NCBI RefSeq assembly: GCF_009914755.1
Contig: NC_060927.1
DNA from: the human T2T-CHM13v2.0 reference genome, Homo sapiens
Reading direction: 5' to 3' (one strand)
Length of the DNA: 64,000 nt
Of this stretch, positions 28,892 to 44,874 are shown piece after piece. The first letter of the stretch is position 1. Each line of letters opens with the position of its first letter. The translations under genes and the position numbers were made by a program. The notes under the pieces were generated by a model. The model saw nothing but the letters and a program-made list of their open reading frames with translations. It was not told the DNA's origin and did no database searches.

Positions 28892-31370
28892 ACTACCGAA
28901 GCTAGCCTTTCTTAGATTAATATAGCAAAAGAGCATGTCTTTTATAGCAATTCAGAGCACAGCTTATTTTATGATTCTGGCACTTGGCTGCCTATGTTAA
29001 CTATACCTGTTAGGGCCTCAGGATCCTTGGTTGGGAAAGCGGGACAATAATACTCACCTCTGATTTGTTTTCTTTTTTGTTTAAATAAGAAATTGCAGAT
29101 GATGAAGTATTTGGCCCATTTCTATTTCTACCTTTGCTTTTTGGTTACAATTCCAATTATATGTGCCCGTAGTATTTTAATATCTCACATATAGTATCTT
29201 TGCTTTTGATCTCCTTCCTTTTCTTCTAATTAATTTTGTAAACTAGTATCTAATTATTATCTCACAGACACAAGTTAGACTAAGTTACATTTTTTATCAA
29301 ATATTGATGCCTGAAGGCCCTCCAAAATATATAAAACATTCTTATCCTAAGAGTTAAGGTTCTTTACAATCTAAAGTTACTTTACAGTTAGTTTCCTTTG
29401 ATCACTAGAGGTGCAATAAAATTCAACAATGGTTGTTGTGAAAATGGGACAAAGACTAGTCTTCAGTCTTTGTTCGCATCATTACTTCAAATAATTTCTG
29501 CCAAGTTTTTATGTCATATTCATTAATGCTTGCTTCAAAAATGGCATATTTTGGTATAAAGCCTTCCCACTTAAAATAATTAGTGAGTAACCTATTACCT
29601 TAGAATATTTTTTGCACTCAATTACAAAATATCACTTTTTATCTTTAATCACAATTATTTATTAAGAAACCTTAACATTTATACCAGATTGAAAGACAGA
29701 AAATGCTTAATTCAATTTCATACTTTCTTCTTTTTTTATGACACAATACTATAAAAATATACTTGTCTTAAATCTTGCATGACTTTAATACCAAAACGAA
29801 AATAGTGTGTAGAAAATGTGTAAAATATAATGCACCAAAAAACCTTTTTCACGGTGGAAACTCTTTATAAATTTATTTTAGTGAAACAGTGATTTTTCAA
29901 ATATAAGGTATGTGATAATACCCAAAAGCCCCTTTGACCAATAAGAATACTTTAAAGAAAATAATTTTAAATATTAAGTATTTATATTATTGGTAATCTT
30001 CCCAATAGAGGACTCAAATACTTAGCTATACCTTCACTTTCATTTTCTCTGAGAAAAAAGTTTATAATGAAATTGTTAAAAAGCCTTACCAGAGTATAAA
30101 ATTTGCATGCACAAGATGTTTGGCTCTTCACTCTGAGAAGTGTACGATCAAGTACATTTTCTAACATAACTGTTCATTTGTTATCCATTCAAATTCTTAG
30201 GTCTTGTATACAGAGGAAATTACACGACATAAAGTGTCCTTGAAAATTGCTCCTTCCTTCCTGTAAGTTTCTGTATATTAGTTACTTGACTCTGGGCTTT
30301 CGTTCTAACATGCTGAGAATATCAATAGCGCCCAATAAAGATTACATTTGAAAACAAGGAGAGGAAAACTCTATATGAGAGAAATGCAAGAAGAATAAAA
30401 GAAAACTTAGAATGAGTAAAATTGCATGTCTGAGAAATGATGTTGAACTGAATTAGGATTATAAGTGTGAGTAAAAATCTGTGGTCTTAACACTCAGAAG
30501 AGCAATGGTCCAAAGCAATAATGATAACAGAAATAAACATTCTGAAATATCTGCCTGCAAATGAATGGTGACATTATTCAACACAAGTTCACAACCAAAA
30601 CCCCTTTATTGGGGCTACAAACATGAGAAATAACACTCGACTATATCTGAGCTTGGGGTTCTTTACCAAAGATACATGACAGCAATAGTGGCCCACCATG
30701 GGAGACGGGAGGGTGGGAACCAATTCTGGGGCAATATTTATTCACCATAAAAAATAATGACTGAAATCTTGGAAATCCACCACGAAGTATCCCTTAAAAA
30801 ATTAACTAACAATTGAGAATTACAAGTATGTGAAAAAAACCCGCACAGTGAAATACCAAAAATAAAATCATAGAATAATTTACTCATAAGTAGAGTTAAT
30901 AGAGTAATATGAAAGCTATTTTACATAAGTAAATTTGACATATTCAAGGAATTGAACGAGGCTAGCAATTACAAAATAAAATTTTAAAAATTATCAAATG
31001 CAAAAATTAGAAGAAGAAAAGTAATTATATCTCAAATGGAAAAAATACATTCATTGAGATAAATATTAATAAAAGGAAAAACCATATACTAAATAGAGAT
31101 GAGCTGTGAACTGAAAAATTATACAAAGAAACCTAGTGGAGAACATTTATCATATAATAGCAAATAAGCATACAATAGGAAATAATATTTTAAAATGAGT
31201 ATAATAAATGAAAAGACAAATATTATTTTAATCTTCTTTTCAGAAAAATGACAAAGATGATGTTGGATAGTCAATATTTAAAGAGCTAATATCTGAGAAA
31301 ATTTCAGAACATCAGGAACAAAGTAAAAAATAAGAATGCTAAAGTGTGCCAACAAGAATAGACAGATTAA

Positions 31371-31660
31371 GGCGGGGCGTGGTGGTTCACGTCTGTAATC
31401 CCAGCACTTTGGGAGGCCAAGGTGGGCAGATCACGAGGTCAGGAGATCGAGACCATCCTGGCTAACACGGTGAAACCCCGTCTCTACTAAAAATACGAAA
31501 AATTAGCCGGCACGGTGGCGGGTGCCTGTAGAGGCTGAGGCAGGAGAATGGCGTTAACCCGGGAGGCGGAGCTTGCAGTGAGCCAAGATCGCGCCACTGC
31601 ACTCCAGCCTGAGCAACAGGGCCAGACTCCGTCTCAAAAAAAAAAAAAAAAAAAAAAAAA
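31371..31660 (+). mobile_element. AluY with a ~15-bp internal deletion
   Basis: gatcacgaggtcaggagatcgagaccatcctggctaacacggtg; cctgtag|aggctgagg lacks tcccagctactcggg; TSD agaatagacagattaa (31355-31370) / agaatacacagattaa (31662-31677). Confidence 0.95.
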
Positions 31661-33035
31661 CAGAATACACAGATTAAACACCATGGAATGGGAATCATAT
31701 TGACATTAGATTTTTGACATTATAATAGAACCTGGATTACAATGGAGTACTATCTTAAAATAATGAAACAAATAGTTTATAGCCTAGAATTCTATATTCA
31801 GCCAAACTATAATAATGAGTTTGAAATATTTTTAAGACATACAAGATATCAGAAAACTAATTTGCTGTATAACTTTGCAGCAAAAACTCCTTTAGCAAGG
31901 AAAAAATTAGGAAGGAAAAAATTTAGCAAGGAAAAAATTGGCATAAAAACTCAGACGGTATTCTGGTTTCACCAAAATGCTGAATTCATGCATGATTCTT
32001 ATCCACCTTCTTCAAGATTAACCCAGAAGAACAAAGAAACAACATGCCAAGGAAAGAAAATACACCTCCCCCCACCCATACACACACACAGGAGGTAGTG
32101 AGGGATATTTTCAACTTAAATATCTGGGTAAGTGGGGTTGGCTTGAGATAAGAGGAATCTTTGGAAGATAAAGCATGCTCAGATTTCTCCTCACATTGCT
32201 TGCCTCCCCACCAGTAATAATTTGGGACTGTGTTAAAATTTCTTCATAATAAAATCTGGGCACACAGAAACCCAGTGACTATGTAAAGATTTAAGAAAAA
32301 TACCTGAAGATTGTTCACTTTAAATAATTTCCCGCTCCTTCCTTTCCAATTTCAAAGAAGTGGGGAATTACCATTTACGGATTATCTTCTAATTATTTGG
32401 CTGAAACTCACTATTAAGTGTCTTGATCTCACACACATTTCTTGCATTTCCATCTATTGTCTCATGCCCTTAACCCAAGAGAAAACTAGTTGGGGGAGCC
32501 CAGGTAAAGTATATTATAAAAATTAAATTATTTAAGAAGAAAAACCAAATTTTTGATGGCAATTCTACCAGAAGCAAAATCATTATAATAGAAAAAACAA
32601 TAATTAAAAACGAGGCCAATGTATGTACTAAAAAGAGAAAATATTAGAAATACGCAACAAGAAAACTCAGCAGAAATATTAAGTATGAAGAGATAATAGT
32701 TGAAGTAAAAAAACATTAGATGAAATATAAAGGTGAATAGATACATTTGAGGAAGTACATAATTGGAAGTCGATATTACACAAAACTCTGAAGGAAGAGA
32801 AAGAGAAAACATAAAAGCAAAGACAGGTAGTGAAGATAAAAGTAGGGGTGCTAACAGCTATGAAATAGGAGTCAGAGAAAAATAACTGATTATGGAAATA
32901 AATATTTAAGAACAAATGAAGATAGTTTCTCAATTAAAAATTGATCAATTGTATATTGACAAATTCTGCAGTGTGAACGCCACATATAAAAAAGAAAAAA
33001 AAGTAGATACTCTACATTATAGCTTTGAACTATAC

Positions 33036-33250
33036 TTTTAATTTTTTACCTTAATTTCCAGGATACATATGCAGAATGTGCAGATTTGTTACATAGGTAT
33101 ACATGTGCCATGGTGGTTTGCTGCACCTATCAACCTGTCACCTAAGTTTTAAGCCCCACATGCATTAGCTGTTTATCCTGATGCTCCTCCTCCACTCTCC
33201 CCTCCCATGACAGGCCCCAGTGTTTGTTGTTCTCCTCCCAGTGTTCATGT
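33036..33250 (-). mobile_element. Short L1PA8-10-like 3'UTR insertion
   Basis: ggatacatatgcagaatgtgcagatttgttacataggtatacatgtgccatggtggtttgctgcacc. Confidence 0.85.
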
Positions 33251-33593
33251 GAACAATATAATTTCTTTAAAATAGGAAACTACAAAACTATACATTATAG
33301 AAAAATATACAAAGCATATGCATTTAAAAAGAAACAAAGATGATATTGGGATCTAATTTTTCAATTGTAATATTGGATGTAAATCAATCAGATAATGTAT
33401 TTCATCAAATAAAGAACAAGTACATATAAAATACAATCTGGTTACAGTAATTCAAATATAGAAGAATTATCAAAGTATTTTTGGCATACTAAATCTCATA
33501 ATATTTCACTCTCAAAAAATCATATTTTGAAGCAGGCCTTGATCACATGTTTGAAGTGGAAGAGAGGTGACATTCAAGCTGTGACATGAGATA

Positions 33594-33945
33594 GAATACT
33601 TTCCCATTATCCACAGGGGATACATTCTGAGACCCCCACTGGATGTCTGAAACCATGGGTAGTAATGAACCCTATATATTATTAAGATTTTTTCCTATAT
33701 ATACATAAAGTTTAATTTATAAATTCTGCAGAATAAAGTTTATTAATTCAGCAGAATAAGAGATTAACAATAACAAATTAGAAAATAAAATAATAATAAG
33801 AATATACTATACTAAAAGTTATGTAAATTTGATACTTCTTTCTCTGTCTTCTAAATTATCTTTTTGTACCTATTTTTAGGTGGCTGTTGACCAAGGGTAA
33901 CTGAAACAAGGAAAGTTAAACCACGAATAAGGGAAGACTGCTCTA
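33594..33945. mobile_element. MER44A (TcMar-Tigger) MITE
   Basis: ttatccacaggggatacatt...gacccccactggatgtctgaaacc...gggtaactgaaac...gaataagggaagactgct with degenerate TIRs. Confidence 0.82.
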
Positions 33946-35530
33946 TGTAAAATAGTGATATATGATACTACAATTTTGTTGCTTATGAAACAACTAGAAT
34001 AAAAGGGGAGGGAGAGAGAGAGAGAAAGAGAGACAGAGTGCAACCCCAAATTTAAAAGCAAGATATTATCATATAAGGTTTGGAGAGTGAGGGACCAAGT
34101 AATAAAAAAAGTGGACTAAAGTTATTTCCTTATTATGGAAGACAAGATGATAGCATTCAATTTTAATAACATATGAGAACAATTTTAAAAACTACTTAAA
34201 AAGTGGAACAACCTGAAAATTAGAGTAGAAATGACCAAACATACCACAAACTAAACTTAATTGGCAAAACACTGGATAAAAGATAAAATCCAAGTATGTG
34301 CTGTTTAAAATAGAAATATATAAAGTATAAGGACTCCTAAAGATTGAAAGTAAAACTAAGAGAAAAAAATTACACACAAGATAGTAACTAACAGTAGTGC
34401 AATAGCGTAGCTATATTAGTAAGGATAAAATCTATTGAAAGAAAAATATTAACATTATAAATTGTGTTATTAAATAGTATTAAATATTGAAAGTTTTAAT
34501 TTGTCACAAAGATGTAGCTCTTTCAGATGTATGTGCACCAGATGAAAGTTAACAATATTAAAATATTAAATATCAGACTCATATAAATGTAGATTTTTAT
34601 AAAATATAAAATCCAAAAAAAAGAAAATTAATATAACCATAGAGAAAATAGTCTATAACATAAGAATTTTCTATGTACATCTCTTGATTGTTGATAGGAT
34701 AAAATTAAATATTAGCAGTGCTGTGGGAGAAGTAACCAACACAATTTGCAAGTTTGCCTTTTAGATAAAAAGAGAGTTCTCACTCATGATTTAGATAAAA
34801 CATGTTTTTCTTATGTACATAGAAATAATATAAAATAGTCATTAACTAGGCTAAAAAGAAAGCCTCAGCAAATTTTGACAATGTTCATCTCATATATCTG
34901 ATATAAAATTAAATAAACTTAATATATATCTTGTGATTTAAAGGGAAATAATATAAATTTTTTTAAATGACTTGTTCAGAATGCTTTAAGAAAAAAATAC
35001 GAAAATGTCAGAAAGGAAATACGAGATATGAAAAAGAACTAATGTATATGTAAAATTGAAAATGCAATAACCTAAATAAATATTTTCATTGAATGAACTC
35101 AATCAATAGTGGAGTAAAAACGACAGAAGAGAAAATAGATAAACTTCCCAAATTTGGTAAAAGATCTAAACTAGGTTAAATAATTCTAGCAAACCCCAAA
35201 TAGGATGGAACCAAAGAAATCTACTTCAAAACACATAATTAAATTCCTGAAAACTAATGACAAAAAGAAGACTTAAAAGGTGCCCGAGAGAAATGAAGCA
35301 CTATTTTCTAGGGAAAGACCAATGTGAATAATTGTGAATTTTTCATCTGAAACCATAGAAGCGGGAAGGAGCAGCATAACATTTTTGTAGTAGTTAGTGA
35401 AAGTATTTGCAAATCATGAATTTTATATCCAGCAAAAGTATTCTTCAGAAGTGAAAACCACATAAAGATAATCTCAAATGAAAGAAAGCTGAGAGAATTT
35501 GTTGTTAGCAAATCCCCTTAACAAATGGCC

Positions 35531-35838
<308 letters not shown>

Positions 35839-36719
35839 CCCAAAACAGATTACTTAAAAAGTAAAAATATAATAACAGAAAAAAAATTGGACTTCACAAA
35901 GGAAAGGAGAACATAAGGATGGGAGGAAATGGAGAACATGTAACAGACTATCTTACTTTTTATGAGCATTGTATATTATATTTGACAGTTGAAACAAACA
36001 TACCACCATCTGAAATGACACTCAATGTATATAGAGAAAATATTTAAGGGAATTGTATTTTAAAAGAGTAAAATAGTGTAGGCCATTATGGATTTTCATC
36101 ATATAGTCAGTCATGCCAGCGTATCTCGTAAAGAGGACATTTGTCTCAATAAATTGAACTGCATTGTTAAAGATTAGCTTCTCCTATGCATGAGGATTTA
36201 CTCTGGCTTCTTTACTCTATGACTTTGATCAACAAAAAAAATTATATTTACGGTATTTGATTCTGAACTGATATAAGGAAGTCTTTCATTATTGCTGTTT
36301 TCCAGTTATCTTCTTAAGTATTTTTTCTTCATTTGAACTTTAAAAATCACTGCATCCAAATTACAAAAAAAAAAAAAAAGTCCTCATATTAGCATGCTCA
36401 TATTAGCATGGGGAGAATCAAATGTTTATTATATTGTTTATTAAATCTCCCCATCTAGAAGATTTATGCATTTCAACTCACTCAGCTCCTCTATCAAATG
36501 ACTTGAAGTGGGTAATATCCATATAACCAGATCGTGCTTTTACAATATTGCGTGGAATTAGACAATTGTATGAATTGCGGTGCCATTAACTAAACTGGTA
36601 ATATGGAGAGAATGGAAAATTTATCTTCAGACATAACACTTATCTAATATAATAGAAATGGCAGATGACACAAGTAGAATTGATGGCTCATTTTCCAAAT
36701 AGTTTGAATCATAAAATGG

Positions 36720-37330
36720 AATTTTGGTAATTTAAATTATTTAACACAAGCTAATGTAAAGTCTTTGCATATAAATTAAAAACGTAATTAAATGGGATAG
36801 AGTACATTTTGTTTGACAGCAGTTTATATAAAAGATGTGGATTCTAATTGACCCCTAGTTTCTTATGAGATAGAGTTTGCTATGCTATTGTCTGCTGATG
36901 TTATCATCAGAGCATATTAATACAGAGTATCCTAGTAAAGACAGAATGAGCCTGTGAAGGGTTGGTGATATTTGGAGAATTGCTTCCAGTTATGGGAATT
37001 TTAGAGGGTCTCAGTCATATTAGAATGGAATACTTCCTTTCACAAGGGGAGAAAAGGATCAAGAGGGATGTGAAAGTCCTAGCATATAGAGGGAGTCTCA
37101 GGAAACAGAGATGTTAAATAGGAGAAGGAAAGCTACATTGGAGCAGTTGGAGTGTGAAAAACGTGAAAGTTAGTTTTATATATTTGAAAACATTATGAGA
37201 CAGGAAATGTATTGACTTTTCCCATATATTTAGATTTTAAAGGGAACATTTTAGCTGAATAAAAAACAAAAAAGAAATCACCACCGTTTCCAGTCTCGGA
37301 GTAGAACTGATTATTATTTTTTAAAGAAAG
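36720..37330 (+). mobile_element. Ancient CR1/L3 LINE 3' fragment
   Basis: Faint CR1-like motifs: aatgtaaagtctttgcat...gacagcagtt...atttggagaattgcttccagttatggg...gggaacattttagctgaat. Confidence 0.45.
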
Positions 37331-37337
37331 CTAGTAG

Positions 37338-37570
<233 letters not shown>

Positions 37571-40500
37571 AAAACATTTCTTTATTATATTGGTGGAAAA
37601 CCATTAAAAGTAGTTCAATTCATTTTTCTCAGTAACAGTTCAAATACCCTTTTCTTTAATTTCCAATTACACCTAGCAGCTGCTCTGGAGAGATTCTCTT
37701 TATTCTCCCATCATTCTGTTAGGCAATGCTAGCTGTACCTTCCCCCTCTTGTCTCAGCTCTTCATTAGGTCAATGAACTTATTTACTTTCCTCTTAGTTA
37801 TTCTCGAAGGAATAGGGCAGCCCACGAGTTGATCATGTGAACAAAAAACTTTCTCCATGTTTGCATTGGGAGGTTATTGCAGGAAATGGGATATGTTTAA
37901 TAACATTCATACACCATTGTCCATGGTACATGAAAAATATAACTCTTTATAAAAGATACAGGATCTTTATGATAAATTGTACCCTGTGTTATTCCACGTT
38001 TTAAGAAAAGTTCTAGAATAACATTTAGTGGCAATATTACAGAAATGACTATTTCTATGCACAGTAAATGACACATTTTCTTCAAACTTTTTCCCCTACA
38101 GGAAATAGCATAATTACCATATATATACACATACACACACCTTAAAAATTGAATGAACGCATTTTACTACATACTTCAAAACAGAGCTAGTGCCATGAAG
38201 ATGTTATGTTTTTTATGGTTTTCAAAGTGTTAATAAAGGGCATCCATATTGTTCCATTTGTTTGTTTCTGAAACATTAGGATTGCATTTTGAATTTTTTT
38301 AATGCCATGGTAAACTTAGTTTCTTCTAACATACATTTCAACAGAAATATAAGATATAAATTATGATAGTGTTTATTTGGTAACTAGCATAAGCATAGCA
38401 AACAAGTTTTTGCTTTGTTTTGTTTTTACATTTTAAATAAGACATTTTGTTGCTTTATGACTTTGGTAAAGACAAGTTACAATTCTAAATTTTTCTGGAT
38501 AATTCCTTTAACTGTGTGGCATATATTTGCCAGAAATCCAAGCATATATACCTGTATGCATGTATAATGAGGTATTCATTAATTCCATAATTAATATATT
38601 GATACTAGCAACTAAAATGGAGCATCTCATTGCCCATCTAGTTAGTTGCAACGTCTTGTCCACTGTATCTGATAGTGATAGCCTCCACCACATGGCAATT
38701 TATACAAATATTAGTCACAGTGAGTGAAATATATACATGTTCTACAATGGCAATTTTACATTTAAAGATCAGAGACTAGATTATAGATAGGAAGCAAGGA
38801 ATATATTGCAGGATGTTCAAATTAATATTTAGTATATTTGATCCACATGAAATAGTTAAGATAATTTGAAATCTTAAAATATTTTACTTTATTTGGAGAG
38901 ACATTTTTAAATTAAATATTTATTAATATTTCTCTTTTATTTTTCTCACTTCAGCTAATTAAGTCAGAAACTTAAAAATATATTACATATTTCAAAATAC
39001 TCTTGAAATCACTTTAGGCATTTTGGAAATTGTGTTCAACAGACTATTTGAGATGTCTAGTAAAATTTAGAATTTCATTTATTTTTTTTAAATTTATAGT
39101 GTATAGCATTCCATACAGTAACTTAGATAGTAAGGTAAATCCTTTACTCATAGTTTTGAAATACTAAATATATGAAACCACATGAAGTTTTGAAATAATG
39201 TTACAATTTCTATCTTTAGGTCTTTTTAATTTAACTTACACTTTTACACAATTTTCTTAGGAAAAGCAAAAATCAAATAAAAGCTGACATGAAGAAAATA
39301 TTTCAATGTCTCACAAAAATAAAGCATAGTTGGCACTAGTGGGAGGATATATCCCTATTTATACATCTGCTACAATCATTTAACAAGGAAAATAGATGAT
39401 AAGCATTGCCCGATGAAATTTTCCAAAAAGAAAATAGTTTTCCTTAGTGATTAAGCTTATTCTGTCAAATTATGATATCGATGTAATGCAATCTGCTTTA
39501 AAAATGTATATCCCATTCCTCCTACTCTTCTCTAATTTTAAGCAGGTGATTTTCCAAGTTTCTAAAATAGCAGATTATTTGATGCATAGCTAATATGCAC
39601 ATACAACATTTCATAAGAATTTAACATGTAAATAAAAGTGATTTCTTCATCCAGAATTTACAATTTTAGAGGAAAATTCCAGCTGGTAGTTGGAGAGGAG
39701 AGGAAGCTTGTCTAATAAGAACAAACTAAATTCTGAAATATGCAGCATTGCCTTTTCTTGTTCTGTCCTCCGTAAGTGTTCTAACATAGCCACAGGCAGG
39801 ACTCAGTGCCTGGCTCAGGGATCAAAGAAAAATGCAGTGACTGCCTTTCCAAAGTTGCTGCTGCTCAAATTAGTCTGCCTCATGGGGAACCTAAGTACCT
39901 TTTCCAGGGGATCTGCTTGAATTCTAAATTTTTTGGTACTTCAGGAATAACTTCAATGTAACCAGAGAGAAAAAAAGTAAAGATATTTGAGATAATTTTT
40001 ATGTAATAATTTTTTGTAATAATTTTCATAATTAAAATGTACTTGTAAGATTTCTTAAAATATATAATAATCCCTACCATATTTAAAGATATTATCATTA
40101 AAGACAATAAATTGTCTATAAAACAAAGAAAGAAATATACTTCATGGGAGACATAAAATTAGAATATTAGGATTTTACACACCTCCTCTGGGGACAAATA
40201 ATTTATCTTTTACTTTAAATTTCTCACCAAGCAGAGCAACTTATTGTAAGATAATAGGAAAATACATGTGTAACTATTACATACATGTATCTCAGTTATG
40301 TGCACGTGTTCAGGCTGACCCTACTGTTGTCCATAACGCAGAAACTTCTCTTATAGTATTCTTACTTAATTCAAAGAGCCAGACACCAACACAGGATACT
40401 TTAAGAAAATGTATGTGTAGGGGCTGGGCTAGTCCAAAAGCAATTCAATAGGTGACAAGAAGCAGAAGTTAAAATCATATTGTGACCTATCTCAGGGCCA

Positions 40501-41604
40501 TGAAAGTTGAATGCTACACATCTGAGGAATATCAATGAAAGCTGTTTTTGAATGTTTATAATACTGTTCCTTCATTATTGAGATACGATCATCAATTTTG
40601 GTTTCCTGCTTCTGGTCATTCTTCCATCTTTGAAATCTTTTTCCCTTGCTGGTATTCTATACAGCTTATCCATTTCATAACATTTTCTAAATCATTGATT
40701 CTGTCATTTTACACTTTGATTTACTCATAGCCCATGACTAAACTATGTTCTCAATCTATCCATCCATTATTGGTAACTGCATGGTTTTTTTATTTTTATT
40801 TATTTTTATTTTCTAATACAGTGTTCCCAAAAGTGAGAATTAAGCCGAGTTAGGAATAGAGGTGACGCCTGGAAAGCTTATTGAATGATATTCTCACCTC
40901 AGATGTGTACCACTGGTCCAGTTACCTCTAGCTGGGCTTTAGGAGTGGGAAATTTACAGGCAAATTTGGCTTCTAGAGTTACACATCACCAGGCAATACA
41001 GTCACATACTCATTGCGAGAGACTGAAGTACGGCAGGCTCACTGGTTACCCTGTTTCTCCTTTCTGAAAGTAGAAGCTTAAAGCTTTTATTCTCTCACTG
41101 GACAAAACAAAAAGACGGTATCTGCCTTGGCTTTTTTTTTAGAAGTTGTACAATTTTGAAAATAAATTTGCCAAGAGTTAAGCCATTTGCTAAGACTTAT
41201 CAAAGAAGAGTCTTGGTCCACTCTGCTAATATCAGTAGGAAGAAGTTAAAGAGAGGTTGCTGTGTTCCAAGTTAGAGAATGAGCTGCTCTGAACTATGGG
41301 GAAAAGGAGCATTGAAAATAGTGATTCTGATGATTCTGAGCAATAACAACAAAAATAAAAATGTATGCAGAGCTAGTATTGAAAACTTACCTGGCACTCG
41401 TGATTCACCTTTGTAAGATCCCAATTATTATTAAGCAGAAAAAGAAAGAATAGCTACAAAGTAGGATATTTCATTAGAGTTAGGAAACCGCCAGAAAAAA
41501 AATGTACACTTCATATTTAATAAAAAATAAACACATTATATAAGCTAATTGTGTTATTTAATGGGATTTAGCCCGATGGAAAGTTTATTAAAAAAAAAAA
41601 AAGT

Positions 41605-41961
<357 letters not shown>

Positions 41962-42550
41962 TCAAAGAGCCCGATTCAGTTTAGTGGCCTAAGACTCCTG
42001 TGAGTGCAGAGGGAAAGTGCATTGTAAAATTCAGGGCTTCAGATTAAAGACTGCGTTCTGGACAGTAACACCTCCAGTCTCCTACCCCTGTGATTTTCAG
42101 AACTCGGGGAGCCAAACACTTACCTTCTTAGCAGGATACGAGGGAATCCTCTGAGGACATGGACTTGCTTAAAATAAAATACATACTGATAATGACATTT
42201 GTGGGACAGGTAAATCTAGTTCTATGACCCAGGCATGGAAGAATAAGAAAGGTGGTAGGAGAAAGAATTGAAGCTTGAAAATGAAAGAGCCACAACATGA
42301 AAATTAAAGATAAAGTAGAAGATTAAATGTAAGTGAAGGGAATAATGCTGCTGCTATTAACAGCAAAGTCCTGATACTACACAGGGATAAAGAGGCAAGT
42401 AGCAAATCAGAAGCAAGTTTACTAGTATTTCAGGTTCATTTTATTTGAAAATATTTTATTTGTGTACAAAATAGTCTAGGACCGCCCCAGAATCATGTTT
42501 GAAATCTTAAAATAATAGAAAATATTGTGAAGTACCTACACAGAGATTGA

Positions 42551-42925
<375 letters not shown>

Positions 42926-42973
42926 TGAAAATAATTTTAAAAGTCTTAATTGACCATTCTGTACTATATTTCT

Positions 42974-44513
42974 TTTTCTTTTACTTTAATTGAATTTTAA
43001 GTTCTCGGATACATGTGCAGGACATGCGGGTTTGTTACACAGGTAAACTTGTGCCATGGTGATTCATCACCTAGGTATTAAGCCCTTCATACATTAGCTA
43101 TTTATCCTGATGCTCTCCCTCCTCCCGCACCCCCTAACAGGCCCCCGTGTGTATCGCTCCCCTCCCTGTGTCCACGTGTTCTCATTGTTCAGCTCCCAGT
43201 TATAAATGAGGACATGTGGTGTTTGGTTTTCTGTTCCTGCGTTAGTTTGCTGAGGATAATGGCTTCCAGCTCCATCCATCTCCCTGCCAAGGACATGACT
43301 TTGTTCCTTTTTATGGCTGCATAGTATTCCATGGCATATATATACCACATTTTTTATGTAGTCTATCATTGATGGGCATTTGGGTTGATTCCATGTCTTT
43401 GCTATTGTAAAAGTGCTGCAAGTGAACATATGTATATGTGCATGTTTATAATAGAATGATTTACATTCCTTTGGGTGTGTACCCAGTAATAGGCTTGCTG
43501 GGTCAAATGGTATTTCTGGTTCTAGGCATTTGAGGAATTACTACACTGTCTTCCACAATGGTTGAACTAATTTACATTCCAACCAACAGTGTAAAAGAGT
43601 CCTGTTTCTCTGCAGCCTTGATAAAATTTGTTGTTTCTTGACTTTTTAGTAACTGCCATTCTGACTGCTGTGAGATGGTATATCATTGTGGTTTTGATTT
43701 GTATTTCTCTAATGATCAGTGATGTTGAGTTTTTTTCATATGTTTGTGAGCATAAACGTCGTCCTTTGAGAAGTGTCTGTTTATGCCCTTTGACCACTTT
43801 GTAATGGAGTTGTTTTTTCTTGTAAATTTGTTTATATTCCTTATAGGTTCTGAATATTAGACCTTTGTCAGATGGACAGATTGCAAAATTTTTCTTCTAT
43901 TATGTAGGTTGTCTGTTCACTCTGATGACAATTTCTTTTGCTGTGCAGAAACTTTTTAGTTTAATTAGATCCCATTTGTTTTGGGATCTAATTAGATCCC
44001 ATTCTTTTGCTGTGCAGAAATTTTTTAGTTTAATTAGATCCCAATTTTTGCTTTGTTGCAATTGCTTTTTACGGTTTTATCATGAAATCTTTGCCCTTGC
44101 TATGTCCTGAATGGTATTGCGTAGATTTTCTTCTAGGCTTTTTATAGTTTTGGGTTTTACATCTATGTCTTTAATCCATCTTGAGTTAATTTTTGTATAA
44201 GGTGTAAGGAAGGGATCTAGTTTCAATTTTTGGCTTATGCTAGCCAGTTCTCCCATCAACATTTATTAAATAGGGAATCCTTTCCCTATTGCTTATTTTG
44301 TTAGGTGTGTAGAAGATCAGATGGTTGTAGATGTGAGGTCTTACTTCTGAAATTTTTGTTCTGTTCCATTGGTCTATGTGTTGGTTTTTGTACCACTACT
44401 ATGCTATGTTGGTTACTGTAGTCTTGTAGTGTAGTTTGAAGGTAGCGTGATGCTTCTAGCTTTGTTCTTTTTGCTTAGGAATGTCTTGGCTGTATGGGCT
44501 CTTTTTTGGTTCC
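42974..44513 (-). mobile_element. 5'-truncated L1PA10/11-like LINE-1 (1.5 kb)
   Basis: Antisense 3'UTR and ORF2 C-terminus; perfect 16-bp TSD tctgtactatatttct (42958-42973 / 44514-44529). Confidence 0.92.
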
Positions 44514-44874
44514 TCTGTACTATATTTCTAAGATACCACTAAATTTATATTAATATACCTGTACTCTTGGTCCTTCTATGTTTTCTGTTCAATTAGCCCT
44601 AATAAAGAAATACAAATTTTTAATAGATATTGAGTCTATTACGTTTAATCTTGAAATCTCCTCCCCCAGCTTCCATCTATGCAGTGTAAACTGTGTTTTA
44701 AGTGTGTCAAGAACCACAACAAGTTTAAGAAGGTAGAGAGAAGGATGAGAAAGAATTTAAGTTGCAAATGCATACTTCACCTGTAAGTAATTATGTGTAT
44801 CATTAATCCCTTATTATATGTCAATACATATGATCAAATATACATTAAAAGAAAATATAAAATAGGGTTTAAGA

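Noticed and set aside
31891-31939. Three 15-16-bp repeats (ttag.aaggaaaaaa) as a possible array
   Set aside because: Simple slippage minisatellite without spacers; not CRISPR-like.
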